DNA of 51,018 nucleotides from a virus (Duplodnaviria; Caudoviricetes): IMG/VR virus record IMGVR_UViG_3300020383_000002, positions 1 to 51,018 of that record; one strand, 5' to 3'. Shown piece by piece: positions 48,467 to 51,018 of this stretch (position 1 is its first letter; each line of letters starts with the position of its first letter). The notes under the pieces were generated by a model. It saw only the letters and a program-made list of their open reading frames with translations, ran no database searches and was not told where the DNA came from. The position numbers and the translations under genes were made by a program.

Positions 48467-50077
48467 CTATTTGAAAGCAATGCCGCCAAAGCGACTGTGT
48501 GTTGGCATGGAGCTAGTCATATAGTCCATCATATCGCCCTTAGAGCGGCTCTGCTTGGGTTTAATAGCAATACCAATGGCAGAGGTAAGGGCATCCTTTA
48601 AATCGTCGTGAGCGGGCCGTGCTTGGACAAGCTCTTCTTCTAGGGCCGGAATGTGTCCACCTTCATAATGCCACATCATTAGGTTGTCATAACGATGCTC
48701 TAGTGTGGACGCAATACGTTCTTCCTTGCTGCCCTCTGTTCTATTAGGACGGTATTCCTCAACAGAGAGACGCATACCCTCACTCTTGATGTAATCCTTA
48801 ATGTCGTTGACAATGATCTGCTGAGCAACTGTAACCTCAGCTCTTACTTTCTTAAACTCCCATCGAGAGTGTAGCTCTGCTAGGTGTCTAAAGTATTCAG
48901 AAGTCTTGTCTGTCTTGAAGCGGTCAATGTCTAGTACGTAGATGTTCCCATCAGAGTCAATACCAATTACGACAATGGCTGTCCAGTCTGCTTTCTTGTT
49001 AAGAGAGAATGCAAAGTCAACAGCAGCATAGACGTTTAATCTGCGTTCTTTAAAATACCAAGTAGAGCCTTGTTTCTTTAAGAAACGTTGATTGTAGTAT
49101 TGGAACTTGTCTTTGGTAATCCGATCTGAACCTGGGTCATTAGGGTCGTTGTAATACTGAGCGTAGAACTGAACACGGTCTTCATACTCAGCTTTGATAC
49201 GGGAGAGGGTGTTAAGGTCAAAGCCAAAAGCCTTGTTATCATTACCCCGAACTACACGAGGCCAGATAAAGATACCATCAGTTTCTACAGCGTGCTCTTT
49301 CATGTCCCATACAGGGCGCTTGTCCATGAGCACAAGGTTGTCATCAAACACTTCGTATGTCTGGTTCTTCCACACAGAGTAGATGTCACGAGGGTGGTAG
49401 CGCGTACCACAGGCCATTGTGAAGCCACCAGCATTACGGATAGAGGTAAACTGAGAAGCCTTCTTAGAGACGCTCTCCCGGCCATCCTCGGTGTATGCGT
49501 TCTCAGGGATTACCAAGTCATCCGCTACAATTACGTCAGCGTGCCAACCAGTAGTGTTAGTTGTCAAACCTGCGGTAGCGATAGTGGAGTCACGAATACC
49601 TTCTTTCTTACGCTTAATGTGATCCACTGACATTTTAGTTTGGTTCCAGCGTTCTCGTTTACCTTCCTGGGGATGGACATACTCAGGGAAGTAACGCATG
49701 TATTGAGTGGAACCAATGATGTTCTGGATAGCGTATAGTTGAGTCTGTGCCAGCTCTGATGTAGCTGATACGTAAAGAATCGTAATTTCTGGATGCCGAG
49801 TGATAATCCAAGCACACCATGTAGCAACCATGTGACTCTTAAGGTGAGCACGAGGGAGCATAATAAGTTTGTTAGAAGTAAGAGCCTCTCCTTGACCGAA
49901 GAGGCTATACTCTTGCATCCACTTGAACAGCTCCTTATGAATAGAGCCGTACATATAACCAGGGTTAACAAGACGGGCAAAGAAGTACAAGTCTTCCATA
50001 GCTAAGTCTCGTAGCTCCCTTGCTTCCTTGGGCATTGACTCTATACGCTTGTACGCATCTCTTTGCCAATCTTCCAT
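48467..50077 (-). CDS. terL: Terminase large subunit
   Basis: LPRAHLKS, VADDLV, GTRY, VDFA..D.TAI, HDDLKDA. Confidence 0.92.
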   Translation of the reverse strand: MEDWQRDAYKRIESMPKEARELRDLAMEDLYFFARLVNPGYMYGSIHKELFKWMQEYSLFGQGEALTSNKLIMLPRAHLKSHMVATWCAWIITRHPEITILYVSATSELAQTQLYAIQNIIGSTQYMRYFPEYVHPQEGKRERWNQTKMSVDHIKRKKEGIRDSTIATAGLTTNTTGWHADVIVADDLVIPENAYTEDGRESVSKKASQFTSIRNAGGFTMACGTRYHPRDIYSVWKNQTYEVFDDNLVLMDKRPVWDMKEHAVETDGIFIWPRVVRGNDNKAFGFDLNTLSRIKAEYEDRVQFYAQYYNDPNDPGSDRITKDKFQYYNQRFLKKQGSTWYFKERRLNVYAAVDFAFSLNKKADWTAIVVIGIDSDGNIYVLDIDRFKTDKTSEYFRHLAELHSRWEFKKVRAEVTVAQQIIVNDIKDYIKSEGMRLSVEEYRPNRTEGSKEERIASTLEHRYDNLMMWHYEGGHIPALEEELVQARPAHDDLKDALTSAIGIAIKPKQSRSKGDMMDYMTSSMPTHSRFGGIAFK

Positions 50078-50078
50078 A

Positions 50079-50582
50079 TTACACCATTTCCTTTAAGCGA
50101 GCTACATCCCCTGCGAAGTCTTCGTGTAGACGCTCCTCAATCTTAGCGTCACGCTCTGAAGTGTCTTTCTTGGGCCTACCTACTGACCCCTTCTCCCATC
50201 CCTTCTCAGCGACGTATTTGGCAGCCTGGAAGCCACGTTCTTCAGAGGTCATGTCAATGATGTTACGAATAGCATGAGAACGTAGCTTAAGCTCTAGCTC
50301 ATCGCGCCATTCATCAATGTGCTTACGAATGACTTTGTTGTTACAGATGCGTTGCCAATGGTTCCAAGAGTAGAAGTATTCATTAGCAAACTGATACTCT
50401 GTCACATCTTCCATCTCAAGATAGAGACGCTTAATAGATTTATACGTCTTACCTTCGTACTCGTAGTCGTAGTCTTTGAGAGTGTAGATAGCCACATCTG
50501 CATCATAACCTAACTCTAGGAATAGCTTTTGAGTGTAAGGGATATTACCGTGGCTAATAAATTTCTTTTTATCGGGGTGCAT
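50079..50582 (-). CDS. Terminase small subunit (putative)
   Basis: Immediately upstream of terL; helical; VGRPKK. Confidence 0.65.
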   Translation of the reverse strand: MHPDKKKFISHGNIPYTQKLFLELGYDADVAIYTLKDYDYEYEGKTYKSIKRLYLEMEDVTEYQFANEYFYSWNHWQRICNNKVIRKHIDEWRDELELKLRSHAIRNIIDMTSEERGFQAAKYVAEKGWEKGSVGRPKKDTSERDAKIEERLHEDFAGDVARLKEMV

Positions 50583-50941
50583 TCTGCCTCCGAGCTTTTT
50601 GATCTGATTCTGCTGCTACAGCAAAACGAGAAATAGTTGAATCTTTTTCTTTACTTCCAACAGATGTGCCAAGCCAAAAGTTTAATACTTGAGTAAACGC
50701 TGTAGCCATAGAACCCATGAGCAAGTAGGCCACTGCTTGGCTCCCTGCCGGGATAGCTACAAACATTAAGAGAAACAGCAGAACAGAGAACGCAATAACA
50801 ACAAGAGTAGATATTGCAATTGGCCCTTTACTCACTTTTAAAATCTGTCGAGCATCTTGCACATCCTTAGTGCGAATCTCTAGTTCTTTAATTTCTGCGT
50901 CCCGCATACGTGAGCGGAACTCCATAGTTAAGTTAGGATCG
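50569..50941 (-). CDS. 3' part of holin-like membrane protein
   Basis: D.QDAR, two TM helices, FWLGTS.GS..KD motif typical of 3TM holins. Confidence 0.75.
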
Positions 50942-51018
50942 CCCAGAATGGCCTCTGAGGCCTGTTCTATGTCCTCTACGGGCCTACCTAGCACCTTGGC
51001 CATAACGGAGCTTACAAC

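Noticed and set aside
229-50513. Many short ORFs antisense to or nested in long genes
   Set aside because: Shadow ORFs without SD or motifs, against the strict two-arm strand layout
50942-51018. 77-bp repeat as a biological terminal repeat
   Set aside because: It lies inside a CDS and its length matches a common assembly k-mer; true ends are more likely near 6.1-6.5 kb
1-51018. CRISPR array, integrase, reverse transcriptase/DGR, T7-type RNA polymerase
   Set aside because: No repeat-spacer periodicity or relevant motifs seen; the Mtd-N-like fibre head has no accompanying RT or template repeat

Overview
This window is an essentially complete circularised podovirus genome of about 50,941 bp. 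The 77 bp at each end are an identical overlap, probably from assembly. The architecture is PA11/CW02/LUZ24/phiEco32-like and no single-subunit RNA polymerase is evident. The rightward arm (about 6.5-31.2 kb) has five tandem sigma70 promoters, a ~600-nt ORF-free leader, tRNA-Arg(UCU), an amidoligase/ATP-grasp/GATase cluster, endolysin, primase-helicase, ECF-like sigma, PolA, exonuclease, ThyX, PhoH and RNR. The leftward arm has tail spikes/fibres, a holin spanning the contig join, terminase, portal, scaffold, capsid, tail tube and internal virion proteins. The arms meet at a bidirectional terminator. Two group I introns are present: an HNH-bearing one in the helicase Walker A motif and a LAGLIDADG-bearing one in the major capsid gene. 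The most striking observation is a second, 44-nt interruption of the capsid gene, 20 nt upstream of that intron. It has a U.G-containing P1, a perfect 6-bp P10, and a terminal G, but no catalytic core. It looks like a core-less satellite mini-intron that would need to borrow the neighbouring ribozyme. All calls come from reading motifs and pairings by eye; no searches were run.
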